A DNA stretch of 64,000 nucleotides from Paraspadella gotoi (Eukaryota > Animalia > Chaetognatha), in NCBI GenBank assembly GCA_051294375.1, contig CM119271.1, positions 7,869,649-7,933,648 on the forward strand, written 5' to 3'. Under the pieces are notes generated by a model, which saw only the letters and a list, made by a program, of their open reading frames with translations, made no database searches and was not told the origin of the DNA. The first letter of the stretch is position 1. Each line of letters opens with the position of its first letter. This document shows positions 22,601 through 37,319 of the stretch, in pieces. The position numbers were made by a program, and so were the translations under genes.

Positions 22601-23055
22601 TCTTTCATTACGATTAACTGTCAAACTGCCATTACTAATAGATTGTCTTCAGTTGCGTTAATTTGTAAAATGTCGAGATCGCTTGACGCGGCTGTTTTGA
22701 TTTTTTTTTTGAATGTAGACTAGAAGTTAAAAAAAAAGGCAAGAAAATCCCAAAAAATGGCCGCGTCCTACACTTTTTTTAACTTATCGTATGAGAAGAG
22801 TGAGATTTTTCCGAGTCAACGGGAATAGTTGGGACGGAGATCAGAGGGAGAGAAAGAAAGATAGAAAACATAGAAAGAAGAAAAACAGAAGAGAAAATAG
22901 AAGGAAACGAGCGAAAAAAAGATGCGCAATAAAAAAAGATAGAAAAAATATATTACAGAAAAAGAAACCGAAGGGACATAAAAAAAGACATGAAAAAGAA
23001 AGAAAGAAATAAGCGTCAAGGACGCGGGTGAGAGAGAGAGAGGAGAGAGAGAGAC

Positions 23056-23092
<37 letters not shown>

Positions 23093-23099
23093 AGAGGAG

Positions 23100-23131
<32 letters not shown>

Positions 23132-23243
23132 AAGACGAGAACTGCGGGACCGAAAAAGTGGTGCGAAAGAAACAAAAAAAAAAAAAGAAAAGGAAAGAAC
23201 GGCTAGACGCAATTGGGCNNNNNNNNNNNNNNNNNNNNNNNNN

Positions 23244-23637
23244 CTTAATCACACACTTTCCTACCCACATACAAAATTTCAAGCCAATCGCCACATTCAC
23301 TCATAAGTAATAGGCGTTCAAAACTAAGGTGGGACGGACGAAAGGACGAAAGAATGGAGGGACAGACAGACAGACAGACGGAGGGACATAATTTTTTTGG
23401 CATAATTCGATGTTCAAATCAAAGCCATATCAAAGTCAGGAATAAGTTAATTCAAGTCAAACCTCATTCAACTAATTTACCTGATGTATACGTCTCCATC
23501 CCATAGAGTTCAAATCAAGACAGGCCAGGCCAAGTCAAAGCAAATTTAGTCCAAAATTTTGTCAATTTTCAAGTCAACCAATTTACCTGACGTAGACGGG
23601 CGTCTCGACCCCATACTTCTTCCACGTCATGGTATAA
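23244..23637 (+). mobile_element. Helentron-associated non-autonomous element (HINE/DINE-1-like), cleaner copy
   Basis: cccacatacaaaatttcaagccaatcg...ggacggacg...gacagacagacagacagacgg...ccccatacttcttccacgtcatggtataa. The block 23244-23825 duplicates ~20300-20865, including the flank. Confidence 0.6.
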
Positions 23638-26600
23638 GGAATCCACGATCCTTCGGGGAAGTCGAGCGCGCAGTCGAGGACGACCGAGGCGCCTATCGAC
23701 GCCGTTTTGTTGACGACGTCGCCGAGAGAGCGCGCCGCGGCAGAGGGGGCTCCTGAGAGGGGGGAGAGGCACGGGAGCAGGGCGGAAAAGGCGGATTCAG
23801 GGTCTCAATAGACGAGTTTGCGGTACTCGTTCCTTCCTTCTACTCATCCAGCGATCTTTATTTCTCTTTCATCAACCAAACTTTTTCAAATTAACAATAA
23901 AAATCCACAAATTACAGTAATCTACACTACTCAACAAAAATCCTATTTCACGTGCTCCATTCGTCTCTCTCGGGTCCAAAGCTCAACTATCCATCGCCAA
24001 TCATAAGCTCTTATGGAGAGTCTCACCTCCTGCGAATCTTCACCGATTTGATTATAGTCGAGTCGCCTCGGGCCACAGAAATTAAAAATTATCTATCGTT
24101 TCGCAGGAAACTACTTTTCCATTTGGTCGCCGGGATCATTCCCTCGGTCTGCATTGGACTTGTGGACATTTGAACCTTTGATACTTATGTTTGACGACGG
24201 GACAACGGTTGACATCCGTCAGCTGCGTTGATCAACCCTTCATATACCTCGAGTACAACGCGATCAAAGGGTTGCATCCAAAAAGACGACGCTCGCGCAA
24301 TCGACGGCGCCCGAGAATTGAGCGTTGCCACCAAACGAGATATGACCAGATGCAGATGACGACGAGAGACCAAAATCGGAGAGTTGAACGAATAGACAAA
24401 AGCATCCGGAGGTGACAAATTCGAACGAACCAAAAAAAGACGACAAAAATGCGTACTGTCGCCTTGGCGCAATGAAGACGCGTGACTCGGGGACCGATAG
24501 TCGATGTACCCAACGCTGAGCTAACGAGCGAGTTTAAACGGCGAGAGGATGGGACGATCGTGGTCGATCTTTTTGCGCCGCGGCCGCACTTCGAGCTATT
24601 CCACTAATCATAGGTCGACCGAACAGCGCTTGAACGACAAACGGACGTTGACCAAATACAAATGATGAACGACGACAGTGGTCACAGTGAGCCCGAACAA
24701 GGCAGGGTTCTCGCCTCCGGACATGTTCCCTCGGGACAGGACTCCGATACAAGGCGAGGCAGAGATTGACAGACGTGCACCCCGAGCCCTGTCTACATCG
24801 CAACCCGCTACCCTCTTCCTCTGCAGTTCGCGTCCGTTCTGCCCGCCATTCCCTTTCGCTTTTGCCTCGAGCTTGTCTACCACTATTTTTTCTCGCCCTC
24901 CGAAATAGTTGCACCTTCGGGTATCCTCAGAGCTGCGTGTTTCTACGCATTCACTTATTTCTCGCCGGTACATTTGGGCGATCTGACCACCACGACCTCA
25001 TCTCGGAAATGCCACTTTGGTGGCAGACAGTTTCACTCAAGAGTCACCACGTCCCGGAGTCGAGTCCTGTTCTATCTCGGGGTTCCCCAAACACTGCCTT
25101 AGCGATCCTTTTTATGTCACCTGGAACCCTCTCACACCCTGATTCACCATCGGACCATCTTGAATCCCTCCAGCTACATAAAATTGTTGAACCGGCCGGC
25201 GAGAATTCTGATCAATTGGTTGCCTCCGCACTTACCCTTATGTTCTTCTTGCCGGCGCGGTTAAGCTTTCGCATTCTACCGTTCTTATCCTCCCTGTCAC
25301 CCTCCTTGGGTCTTCCATAACCCCTAAGAGTTCCTGCTTACCCGTAAGATGTACAAGAAGTCGGGTCCGTTCGTGCGCTGTTGAGCGCGTAATAGAACTT
25401 GCCCTCGGCTCGTCGGCTCCTTAACCCTCGCTTCGATGATGGGGGATTCTGTATGGCGATAAACTCCTGTTCCTTCCATTTGCCCTCTTGTCGCGATAAT
25501 GAAACTACCTATTTCCGGTGAGGTCGATTATATTTCCTTGGGAGGGACGGAGGAGGAATTGAAGACGAATGACGAGAAAAAGAACGTGGGAAACGAGGGA
25601 CGGGTAACGACGACGATCGACGACGACGACGATGATGTTGAAAGATGATGATGTGAATGATGATGATGAATTGATGAATGATGATGAATGATTATGGACG
25701 ACGACAGCAAAGAAAGCGATGAAAATTTGAAGACGACGAACCACCGATGATGATGAATATGATTAATGACACACAGGAAAGAAGAACCGATGAATCGACG
25801 AACGACGGACGAATGATGATAGATGGATGATTATGACGAACGACCAGCAAGAAGAAGACGATGATGATTTGACGACGACAACGACGACGGATGGATGATG
25901 ACCTTGATGAGTGATGAATGATTGCTTGTACAGATGATTGATGATGATAAATGATCATAGGGTTTGTTCATGGGTGATTACGAGAGTACAAGCTGACCGA
26001 AGAACGGCAGCGAAGAAATCTGGAAAAGACGAAAAATGGGAAAATTTACGTCCCAAATCGACAAGAAATATTCAATCTTGACCTACAAAAATAGCCAGAT
26101 GATTATATGTCGTCTAGCCGATGAATGAGAAAAAAACTTTTAAAAAAAACATTACTACATAACTAGAATAACTACTATAGTTATAGGTTGTTAAAAGCTG
26201 GTAGACATATTCAAATAAAGTTAAAACGTAAAATGAAAATGCTTAGGAGGCAAAATCTCGATAAGAACAGAGTACGAATAACAACATTAATTTGCAATTG
26301 AATAATGTTAGCGAGGGATTTGACGAAGACGCAGTTTGACCACTAACACAAACAACAACAAACAACGAAGGAAAAGGGAAATGGCAGTAGGTCGGCCTCT
26401 GCCATTATACTATGCTCCTTTTTCGAGAGGCCATCTCTTTCTCATCTCTGGAGCTTTTTGGCCCTAAGCCAATAGCCCTGTCTTCCTTCCCTTCCTCCTG
26501 TTTCCCGCCTCCCCATTTTCCCCATTTCCCCTCCAACGCCCAGCGGCCCGATTTCCTGTACTCTGCTGCGCCCCCGCCCCCCCGCCTCCCCCCCACTGCC

Positions 26601-27805
26601 CCCCTCCTTCTCCGATGCTTTCGACCACTTGACCGCGCCACTTTTCTTTTCATAGTTGGAACGACGAGATTTGTCCACCTCAACTTGTTTGTACATTCGC
26701 GCGGCTGCTCCGTTACATCTTTCGACCCCTTTATATACACTTCCGCTCTTCACGCCTCTCAGTCTGACCTTCCCTTTATATCGCGCCCGTCCTTCCGGTT
26801 TTTTTCTTTTCATACCTCCCATACAAGGCTCGTAAATGCTCTTTTAATTTGGTAAACATTGGGTAAAATTTGTTTTTTTTTCTTCATATTTATCATTTCT
26901 TTTCCCTACATTTTTTTTTTTTTTTAATTAAAGACGCCTCTTCTATCTTCTCGTTTAAAGCTTAACAGTATAATTACATGCTGCACCACGTCTCTTCGTT
27001 ATTTCCAACATTTTCTACCTCACTCTCTTCTTCTATTCTCTCTCTTTTTTCCGCCTATTCTCGTCTTTTTCTTTTTCTTTTTTTTTTTTTTGTTTTTTCT
27101 CTCTTTCCTTTTTTTTCTCTCTCGACCTTTCATCGTTTTTTTCTCTTATTATTTATCTTTCTTTTTCTTATTTCATCATCTTCTTTTGTCTCTATTATAT
27201 ATTTTTTAATCTGTTTCTATCTATTTTTTTTTTTTTTTTTTTTTTATGGGTATGCGCTTATCCTTACTTCCTTCTCTCTTTCTTCTCTTTTCTATTCTTC
27301 ATTTTTTTTATTGGTTTCTCTTCTTTTTATATTCTCTTTCGGCTTTCGTCTCTCTGCTCTCTCTCTTTCTACTCTCTCTCGTCTATCTCGTCTCCTCCTC
27401 TCATCTCTTTTTTCTCTCTCTCTTCTCCTCTTCTCTTCTGTGTTCTGCTCTGAAAAGAGGGAAATTCCTGGAAAAGGACGAGAGAATTTAAAAGGTTATG
27501 GGAAGGATATGGAAGAAGCGGGTAAATTAAGGAAAAGTTATTGATGTTAATTTTGATTAAGGGATTGTTTTTTTTTTTTTTTTGAGTGTTTTTAGATTTT
27601 TTCTTATTTTTTTTTATTTTTCTTTTTTTTTTCTTAAAATTTTTTTTTAACTATAACCTATTTTTTATTTTTTTTTTTTTAGAAAAATTGTTTTTAATAA
27701 TTTTTTTTTGTTAAGATTTTTTTATGATTTTTTTTTAATTTGATTTGAATTTTTTTTTTTTTTAGGAAATATTTTTTTTTTTTAATTTTTTTTTTGATTT
27801 TTTTT

Positions 27806-27840
<35 letters not shown>

Positions 27841-29644
27841 TTTTTTTTTTTTAATTTTATATTTTTTTTTTGATTTTTTTTTTTTTTTTTTTTCTTTTCT
27901 CATTAATTTTTTTTTATTTCGTCTCTGTTAGTTTTTCGCAATTTGGTTCGTTTTTCTTTTGTTTTCTTTTTTTCCTTACCTTTTTTACTTTCCATTTAAC
28001 TTATTCTTTGTTCCTTTTTCAAGTTTTTTTTCTCCTTATTTTTTTTTTACTTTCTTTTCTGCTTTTTCCATACCATTCATTTTGCCTTTTGTTTTTTTTT
28101 CCTTACAACTCCCCTACTATTTTTTCTATTTCTTTCTATTTTTCTTTGTAAGTCCTCCAACTCTCCTAATCATCTCAAGACAAATTCCTTTCCACTTCCT
28201 ATCGCCCTCTTCTTCCTCTGCCATTCACTTTAATTTCCCTTCTCTTTCCGCCATTCCCCGTGCTTTTTCATCTCTCCGATAATGTATATTTCTTAACCTT
28301 TCCATCGTGTATCCTCATTCGACAGTGCGACTCGCTTCCGCCATTATGGTGAAGGAATCTACGGTAACTCGGCCGGAGAGGAGAGAGTATGGTCCTTAAC
28401 TGTTCCTCTTCGCCTTCTCCCCTTTTCCAATTTGCTTGATTAATCGACATTACTTTCTTCCCTTCCCCATACCCTCTGCCTCTCCACCTTCCTCCACTCC
28501 ATTTGCGAAAAAACCTGTCGGACCCTCCGAGACCCTCCTCAGCCACTTCCCCGCTGCTCTCAGGACAAACCTCTGGGGCTTCTATTTTACGTTGTGCTGC
28601 ATTTTCAAATAAATCAGATGGACGTGTCGGTTCTCGAAGCTACTTTTCTCCTCCCTTTCTCGTCCCGTTTCTTAGTTCTTCAGTCATTCAAAAAGTACAC
28701 ACAAAATACGGGACCCAAGTATCGTTAAAGCAAAGAACTCTATAGGTGAGACCAGCAAAGACAGTCCCAACAAATTAAGAAGCAATTTCGAAATCGTACA
28801 GACAGACAATGACAGACGAAACAGGACGACCGTGGGCGAGAAGCGACCGAAATGGGGGATACCGGATCAAATGAAGGGCGGACGATAACGGACGACAGAG
28901 CGGAGCGCTGACGACGACGGACGACCGAACACGACGAATAAAAAAAGCGCATGATTCACGTTGATTTTATTTGGGTCGGAACCAGCAAGATGTTTCACCA
29001 GCGGACGCAGGCAATAAAAATTTGCGTCTTTCCAGCTCTCATTTCTCACGATATGCGTCATGGCAAAGTCGACGCTCTGCTAGACAAAATTTCGTAATTG
29101 GAAATAACCTGGGAGTTAAAAAAAGAAAAATCTAAAAACACGAATCGCCATTCGGCCAATTGTAATCGTGAAATTCCGCAAGCACCACAGCAAGAATCGG
29201 GAAAAATAAAATGTTGAACTGAGTGAAAGAAAACAATATAACAATCAATAAATAATTATTAAATAACTGTAGCTTGCGTTAATCGAACGAAACACTTATG
29301 TTCTCGTCAAAAAAGAGTAGTTTAATTTCAACCACCCCGGGAGCTGGAATCAAAAGACTTTAACCTAGCAATTAACCTCGACTCTCTAAAACAATACTGC
29401 CCGTTGAGACTCAATAACCATAAGGAGCCTTGGCGGTCCGGACATTCAGCGTTCAAGACCAACTGAAGCGCGTGAAGCGTTTAATGAGCAACATTTTCGC
29501 TCGAGGTCATCGACACGTAATGAAACATAAAACTTGATAGTGAGACAGATGTGTGACGAGCAGAGAGGAGAAAGAGATTAGAGAGTCAGAGACGGAGGAG
29601 AGAGAGAGAGAGAGAGGAGNNNNNNNNNNNNNNNNNNNNNNNNN

Positions 29645-31276
29645 CGAGAATTAACAAAACGAATATGACGAATGCAATGACGACAGCAATGAAGTTGACG
29701 ATGACAACGACATGGGTGACAAATTCGACCACGATGACGACAACGCTGACGACAACGATGCCGACGACTTGAACGACAACGACGTTGACAAATACAATGA
29801 TGACGACGACGCCGACAAGCGCCGCCCTCCCTCGGAAACTCGATAGGCGGCGACCGACTCGAATCGTCAGGGCGTTTGTTCGGAAGATGATAAATGACAA
29901 CGAGGGACGCCGTTCTGTTGCCGTTGTCGTCGTTGTTGTNNNNNNNNNNNNNNNNNNNNNNNNNNNNNNNNNNNNNNNNNNNNNNNNNNNNNNNNNNNNN
30001 NNNNNNNNNNNNNNNNNNNNNNNNNNNNNNNNNNNNNNNNNNNNNNNNNNNNNNNNNNNNNNNNNNNNNNNNNNNNNNNNNNNNNNNNNNNNNNNNNNNN
30101 NNNNNNNNNNNNNNNNNNNNNNNNNNNNNNNNNNNNNNNNNNNNNNNNNNNNNNNNNNNNNNNNNNNNNNNNNNNNNNNNNNNNNNNNNNNNNNNNNNNN
30201 NNNNNNNNNNNNNNNNNNNNNNNNNNNNNNNNNNNNNNNNNNNNNNNNNNNNNNNNNNNNNNNNNNNNNNNNNNNNNNNNNNNNNNNNNNNNNNNNNNNN
30301 NNNNTTCTGGGTTTAACTCGGGCCCTTCCCCGCAACAATAAGACATTAAAGTGCTAAACAAAGTCGATCAAACTTTCAAGAAAAAANNNNNNNNNNNNNN
30401 NNNNNNNNNNNNNNNNNNNNNNNNNNNNNNNNNNNNNNNNNNNNNNNNNNNNNNNNNNNNNNNNNNNNNNNNNNNNNNNNNNNNNNNNNNNNNNNNNNNN
30501 NNNNNNNNNNNNNNNNNNNNNNNNNNNNNNNNNNNNNNNNNNNNNNNNNNNNNNNNNNNNNNNNNNNNNNNNNNNNNNNNNNNNNNNNNNNNNNNNNNNN
30601 NNNNNNNNNNNNNNNNNNNNNNNNNNNNNNNNNNNAAGGTTTTCAAGACGTCGCTCAATTTCTCCAGCGTTCGGACGATCTCGTCAAACGGCGAAACCGG
30701 AACTCGACTTCCGCTTTTCGCGCCTCATGAATTTTATCGGGCGCCACGGAGCGAAATCTTCCGGGCGGCCGTTGTTCGTCNNNNNNNNNNNNNNNNNNNN
30801 NNNNNNNNNNNNNNNNNNNNNNNNNNNNNNNNNNNNNNNNNNNNNNNNNNNNNNNNNNNNNNNNNNNNNNNNNNNNNNNNNNNNNNNNNNNNNNNNNNNN
30901 NNNNNNNNNNNNNNNNNNNNNNNNNNNNNNNNNNNNNNNNNNNNNNNNNNNNNNNNNNNNNNNNNNNNNNNNNNNNNNNNNNNNNNNNNNNNNNNNNNNN
31001 NNNNNNNNNNNNNNNNNNNNNNNNNNNNCGTCGTCTTTCGTCGTCGTTCTTCATTAAAACGATTAACTGTCAAACGGCCATTACTAATAGATTGTCTTCA
31101 GTTCGTTAATTTGTCAAATGTCGAGTCGCTTGACGCGGCTGTTTAGATTTTTTTTTTTGAATGACGCTAGAGTTAAAAAAAAAAAAGCAAGAAAAATCCA
31201 AAATGGCCGCCGTCCTCCTTTTTTACTTTATGTATCGAGAAGAGTGAGAAATTTTCCGAGTCAACGGGAATAGTTG
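29645..31276 (+). repeat. Gapped second copy of ~20960-22831
   Basis: The unique islands match collinearly (e.g. ttctgggtttaactcgg; aaggttttcaagacgtcgctcaatttctccagcg; ttttccgagtcaacgggaatagttg). The N runs sit where the first copy has simple repeats. Confidence 0.9.
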
Positions 31277-33433
31277 NNNNNNNNNNNNNNNNNNNNNNNN
31301 NNNNNNNNNNNNNNNNNNNNNNNNNNNNNNNNNNNNNNNNNNNNNNNNNNNNNNNNNNNNNNNNNNNNNNNNNNNNNNNNNNNNNNNNNNNNNNNNNNNN
31401 NNNNNNNNNNNNNNNNNNNNNNNNNNNNNNNNNNNNNNNNNNNNNNNNNNNNNNNNNNNNNNNNNNNNNNNNNNNNNNNNNNNNNNNNNNNNNNNNNNNN
31501 NNNNNNNGGCCATAAGATCTCTCACTCGAAACGAGAGGCACTCGAAAGACTCGGGGACCCCGATCCCGTTTCGGGCTGCGGGGCCTTTAGTGCTACGGGG
31601 CTGCGCGGCTGGGCTCGGGGCGTCGAAGCGTTCAATGGTATTTGTTTCCTGCGCTCGACGGATGCTTGAAGTTTCAGGACGCATCAAAATCTTTTTTTTT
31701 TTCGCGACGCATCTGAGATCGTGTGACGCACAAGAGCCGTGGCGCTTTAAGGTTCTAGAACCCAGAGCGGCTTAAAGCTTGGCACCGGATGGCACCGCCT
31801 GGCACCGCTTGGCACCNNNNNNNNNNNNNNNNNNNNNNNNNNNNNNNNNNNNNNNNNNNNNNNNNNNNNNNNNNNNNNNNNNNNNNNNNNNNNNNNNNNN
31901 NNNNNNNNNNNNNNNNNNNNNNNNNNNNNNNNNNNNNNNNNNNNNNNNNNNNNNNNNNNNNNNNNNNNNNNNNNNNNNNNNNNNNNNNNNNNNNNNNNNN
32001 NNNNNNNNNNNNNNNNNNNNNNNNNNNNNNNNNNNNNNNNNNNNNNNNNNNNNNNNNNCTCATTAGACATTCTCTTGCCTTCTTTAATCTGTCCCTAAAG
32101 AATTTAAACCCTTCTAGAGGCAAAGTAAAAATTGAAGGAGGAAAATCCATTCTTGGAAAAAAAAAGGAGAGGAAAAAGAAAGGAAAGGAAAAATAAAGGA
32201 AAGGGAGAAAGAAAAAAAGAGCAGAAATTAAGAAGATAATGGAGAAACTGGAATGGACAAACTTGGGCGTGGGAGAGCGAGCAAAAAATGGTGGNNNNNN
32301 NNNNNNNNNNNNNNNNNNNNNNNNNNNNNNNNNNNNNNNNNNNNNNNNNNNNNNNNNNNNNNNNNNNNNNNNNNNNNNNNNNNNNNNNNNNNNNNNNNNN
32401 NNNNNNNNNNNNNNNNNNNNNNNNNNNNNNNNNNNNNNNNNNNNNNNNNNNNNNNNNNNNNNNNNNNNNNNNNNNNNNNNNNNNNNNNNNNNNNNNNNNN
32501 NNNNNNNNNNNNNNNNNNNNNNNNNNNNTTTTTTAAGGGGAAAACGAGGTAAGTATCTCCGCGATTTTAATGGCGCCGAGATCTCAATGAATATTTATGA
32601 GAATATTTCAATTCGCGATGTCAAAGTAAAACGAACTGGAATCATGACTTCGAAATGAGACAATTTTGAGATTTTAATTTCTTAGGTTTGTTGTGGTTAA
32701 TTAGACCTTAAGAAGCCCTATCTGCAGGATCTTAGAAAACATCAAGGTCATCTCTATTGAGTCTTATTTTTTTTCTGATATCGTCCGAACGGTCATATTT
32801 GGATTCGTCGTTAGTATAAGCGCTTTTATTCGAATGCAAGATGGTTGATTCAGTACAATTCAGTACGATATGTTATCTTTATCATCATTTTTGTCATCGT
32901 CGTCATCAACTCTGTCAGTTTCCTAAGCTTCGATTTCGTGAATGCTTTCGATTCTTTATCATCAATCGCAAAATTTTCGGAATAAAATTTGTTATTTCGT
33001 CGTGGTCGTCGTCGTGGTCGTCGTCGTCGTCGTCGTCGTCCTCGTCTTCATCACCAAATCGTCAATTATCTTTTACTAGTCAGTCGCCTTTGTCTTTTTA
33101 ACTGCGTCACATCAACTGTGTCTGTAAGAGATAGATTCTTAGAACTATACTAAATGATATTGAGATTTCATCATTCTCATTTGCATATAGTAGTAAATCA
33201 TTTTAAGTCCAATTAATTAATGTTCTGTTTTATTATTAGGCATATTTTTGGATTTTACAATCCTTTTCAATATAGTTTAGTAGTTGTGTAGATTCATACA
33301 TAATTTTGTGATAATTGCATAAGTGATAAGTGATAAGTTGAGAAGTTGAGAAGTTGTGATAAGTTGCATTTCGTCGTCGTAATAGTCGTCGTCGTTGTCN
33401 NNNNNNNNNCTATTTAGGTAAGTTGTTAAATAA

Positions 33434-33722
33434 ACAAGAGCGGTCCATCCAATGTGTTACGCCGCAGTGACTTTATTAGCCTGTGTATTTATGACACGCG
33501 CTGCGTCGGAATATTTTTTTTAGTTTTAAGATTTCCTGAAGGCGGCGCAAGCAGTCATTTAGATTTGAGGTTTTGAACTGTCTTAACAAATGAGCAACTA
33601 ATGATAGGGGTGTTATGAGCGTTTTTGATGTAAGTGGGACAGACCGACGGAGAGACATACCGACCGACCGACCGAAAAGTAACTTAGAGTTGCTCCGTGG
33701 GTACTCGCGGCGCAACTAAAAA
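33434..33722 (+). mobile_element. Short non-autonomous Helentron-like element (second family)
   Basis: Starts ACAAGAG after an A-rich flank and has an internal (CCGA)n tract (gaccgaccgaccga). The 3' end is an AGTTGC...GCAACT hairpin followed by AAAAA. Confidence 0.55.
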
Positions 33723-34185
33723 TGGCGGAGGGATAACGTAAGTTGTGAAAGGGTGAATAACCAAAGGCGTATTTTGGTGAAGTGTGAAGTTTTCACTGGT
33801 GAGTTAACGTTGGTTCGGAGTTTCTGAGACTTGACTGGTGGAAAATATATCGCGCATGAGTAGAACGACCCTAATACAACATTCGGGAATATTATGCAGT
33901 CAGTCGATTATGCAGTCAATCCATTATACAGTCGATCGTTACCATCGCACCCAGGAGAAAAAGGCGGGAAAAACTCTTTTGGTTCAAACTGGGAGTTCGT
34001 TTTAAATGTTTTAAAATCCCTGTAAAAATTAAATTCATTCGAGAAAAAGAAGTGAAGCTTTCGGACTGGGAGGAAGAGAGATTTAGAATTCAAAAAGCGC
34101 AGGAAGGATGATGAAGAGGAGAAGAGAGAGAGAGAGAGTAGAAGAGAGAGAGAGAGAGAGAGAGAGAAAGTAGAGATGAAGAGAG

Positions 34186-34224
<39 letters not shown>

Positions 34225-36452
34225 GAGAGAGAGATAAAGAAAAGAAAATTAAAATGCGAAAGATAAGAGAAGTGTTAAGATTCACGGCAGATAGGGACCG
34301 TGAATAATAACGCGCTTAGTTAGAGGAGACCGTTGGAGAGGAACTCGAAGAGAGCGAGAGAGAGAGAGAGCAGAGAGAGAGAGAAGAGAAGAGAGAGGAG
34401 AGAGAGAGAGAGAGAGATTAAGCATCGTGGAAAAATGGTAAAATTTCGCCCTCTCCTTTCCTCCTCTTCCATCCTTCCCGCTCCTCCTTAATTAGCAGGG
34501 GCCTTGAGTTTCTTCTCCGAAGATTTCCGCCGCGCGTAAGCCAGAAAAGAAAAACCCAGGCCCTAATAGATCTGCGGCGTGCGTCGGCAAAATGCGTCGG
34601 CGTTGCGGTGCGGGCAAAAGCGGATCGGGCTGCGAATTTTGACGCGTTCAGTAAGATGGGGCATGCGTTGCCGCGTTTGGTGCATCTCTGCTGTATGGCA
34701 GCAAGAGTGTGACGTACGCTGTCGGGGGTTGTTGCGCACCGTCGGCATTGGCGGTCGCGGCGTGGCGAACGTGTGTTGGCAGGGGGCTGAGCGTCGTCAT
34801 TGGCATGTTCCGGTTGGCCGAAATGGTCAGCTGGGTGTGTTTGAACTAAAAAAACGATTCTTTCTTTCCTCGAGGCGGAAAAACATTTCGCACGAAAGTA
34901 AAATTTTCTCTCACCTCTTTTCTTGTTCTCATCTCTCTCTCTCTCATCTTGACTCCGTTTGTATTGTCTGTTCTCTAGATCTTTTCTCTTCTCTCTCTCC
35001 TCTCTCTCTCTCCTCTCTCTTCTCATCGTCCCCTTCTCTCTCTCCTCTCTCTCTCTCCCCACGGCAAGCCTCTCGGTGAGCTAGGGGTTTGCAAAAAAAA
35101 AAAAAAAACACAGGAGTTTTGAATGAAAATCCCGTACGGGCCGGCATTCGGCGTAAACGGAAGGGTCCGTTTTCTCCTCTGACGCGCGCTTCTTCTGGCG
35201 CTTGAACTCTGCGCGAGTGCTGGGTGTCCGGCTCGTCGGAACTCCGAAAAAGAAACACCGGGGTACGCGCATTTGGAGCGGAATCCAGTCGCGGAGGCTC
35301 GGAAAGAGTATAAGCCGGAGGCGAGAGAGGCGGCGGGGGGCTTTCGGGGGCTGCGGCCGTGCTGCGGCTAGCGCGGTGCGCCGGAACGAGACACGGGATT
35401 CATAGGCACCAACGGATAATGGAACAATTGAAGGACAACAAGCGTCCGATGGAAGAACTAGAAATCTCGAGGGAATGAGGCAGGGAGGAGGAGGGGAGGA
35501 GGTAAGTGGGTGAGGAGGAAGAGGAAGCAGGAAAATAAGAGGCATTATATTGATAAGGAGGAAAAAAGAGAGGGAAGATAAAACAGATTTGGAGTAGGTC
35601 GTCTTTTCGTAGGCGGAAGGAAGAGAGAGAGAGGCGAGAGAGAAGAGAAGAGAGAGAGATGAGAGAGAGCAGAGAGAGAGAGAGAGAGAAAGAGAAAGAG
35701 AGAGAAGAAGAGAGAGAGAATAGCGAGAAGAGACGAGAGGAGAGGGGAGAGAGCGAGCAGAGTAAGAGAGAGCAAGAGTAAAAAAAAAACATGAAACTGA
35801 CGTCCGATTCGCTCGCATCGTTCGGATGAGTGGAGACGAACGCGTGCGAAACGACGCCGCACGCAGATACACACGCAGTTCGTGCGCGTCGCACGAAATG
35901 AACCGCGACTTCCGGTGTCCTCGAGAATAAATCATTCGAGGTCGTGAGGATATAAATTATACACGAAGTTTCTGGAGATAAGCCGTGTACCGCGGCGTGA
36001 ATTAAAGATAAGTGGCTGTTTTAAAAAATTGATAAGTAATTTTGCAACTTTCATATGAAACATTTTCGTTTAAAAATGTTCTTCGTGGGATGTATGCCAG
36101 GGGTGTTTGATAATTTAAAAAGAATTATCATTATCTTATTGCGATTTTATTTTATTATTACAGAGAATGGCGGCAATTGAATCGTTGCGACAAAAATATA
36201 ATTTTACCGTGATATTGATAAAAATTGCGTTGTTATGCCATACTAGGCCTATTTCGTTGTACCAATCGGGCTACTATGCTATCCTATAATTCACTAGTCC
36301 TCAATCATCAAAAACCATTAAGTTTCTTTTAAAAAAATTATGGAGTTTTTGACTCTCGATTTCTGAGAAAAGCGGAAAAATGAAAATAATGGGATAGTTA
36401 AGGTTGAGATCGTTGAGTCTTAATTTGATCGTCGACCGAGGGAGCGATTTTC

Positions 36453-36496
<44 letters not shown>

Positions 36497-37286
36497 GAGA
36501 GAAGACGAGAGAGGAGAGAAAGAGAGATGAGTATGAGAGAGACGTAAGGAGAGCTTTGTTCTGCGACATGGCAGCAGCCCCAATTTCCATCCACTTCTCC
36601 CGCGGTCCTGCCGCTACGTTAAGACTGGAGAAGCGCACGGAATTTACTTGTCAGTTAAAACGGAAACTGCCTAGTGAGAGAGAGTAGAGAGAGAAGAGAG
36701 ATGAGAGCAGAGAGAGAGAGAGAGAGAGATGAGAGAGAGAGAGAGTATAAGAGAGAGAGTAGAGAGAGATGAGGTAGAAGAATGAGTAACCCAGATTACT
36801 ACACTTGACGGATGCTCCTCTTCCGTCGGGCGGAATATTATAAGTCATCAAAACTCTTCGTGTCATTGTCGTTTACAGCTCTCCTATATAACGACCAGAG
36901 ACACAGGTATGCCAAGCTTGAGAGATATACAACGGTTTAGAGAGCAGAATATGAATTAGTTTAGAGAAAGAGAAAGAGATATATCAGGAGATGAATCGAC
37001 GAAGGTCGTGAGAGAAAAGAGAAGAAGATGAGATGGCATATGAAGAACAAAAACATAAATGAATAAACAATTATCGCGGAGAAGAAATAAGGACTATATC
37101 CATCTCCAATAAGGAGTTGCTCTTCGTGGGCCCTGGACAGAGAATTTGGAAATGATATATGACATCGAGAATTAATGTTGACAGAAATGAATGAAGGAGA
37201 AAGTTGGAGAGGACATAGAAATGTGTCGCAGAATCAAAAAAAAAAGATGAGATAAGAGGGGATGGACCATGAAGGAGAGAGAGAGC

Positions 37287-37319
<33 letters not shown>

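Noticed and set aside
27560-27900. Long T-rich tract as a retroposon poly(A) tail
   Set aside because: It is an interrupted low-complexity tract in a noisy region with no adjacent recognisable retroelement body.
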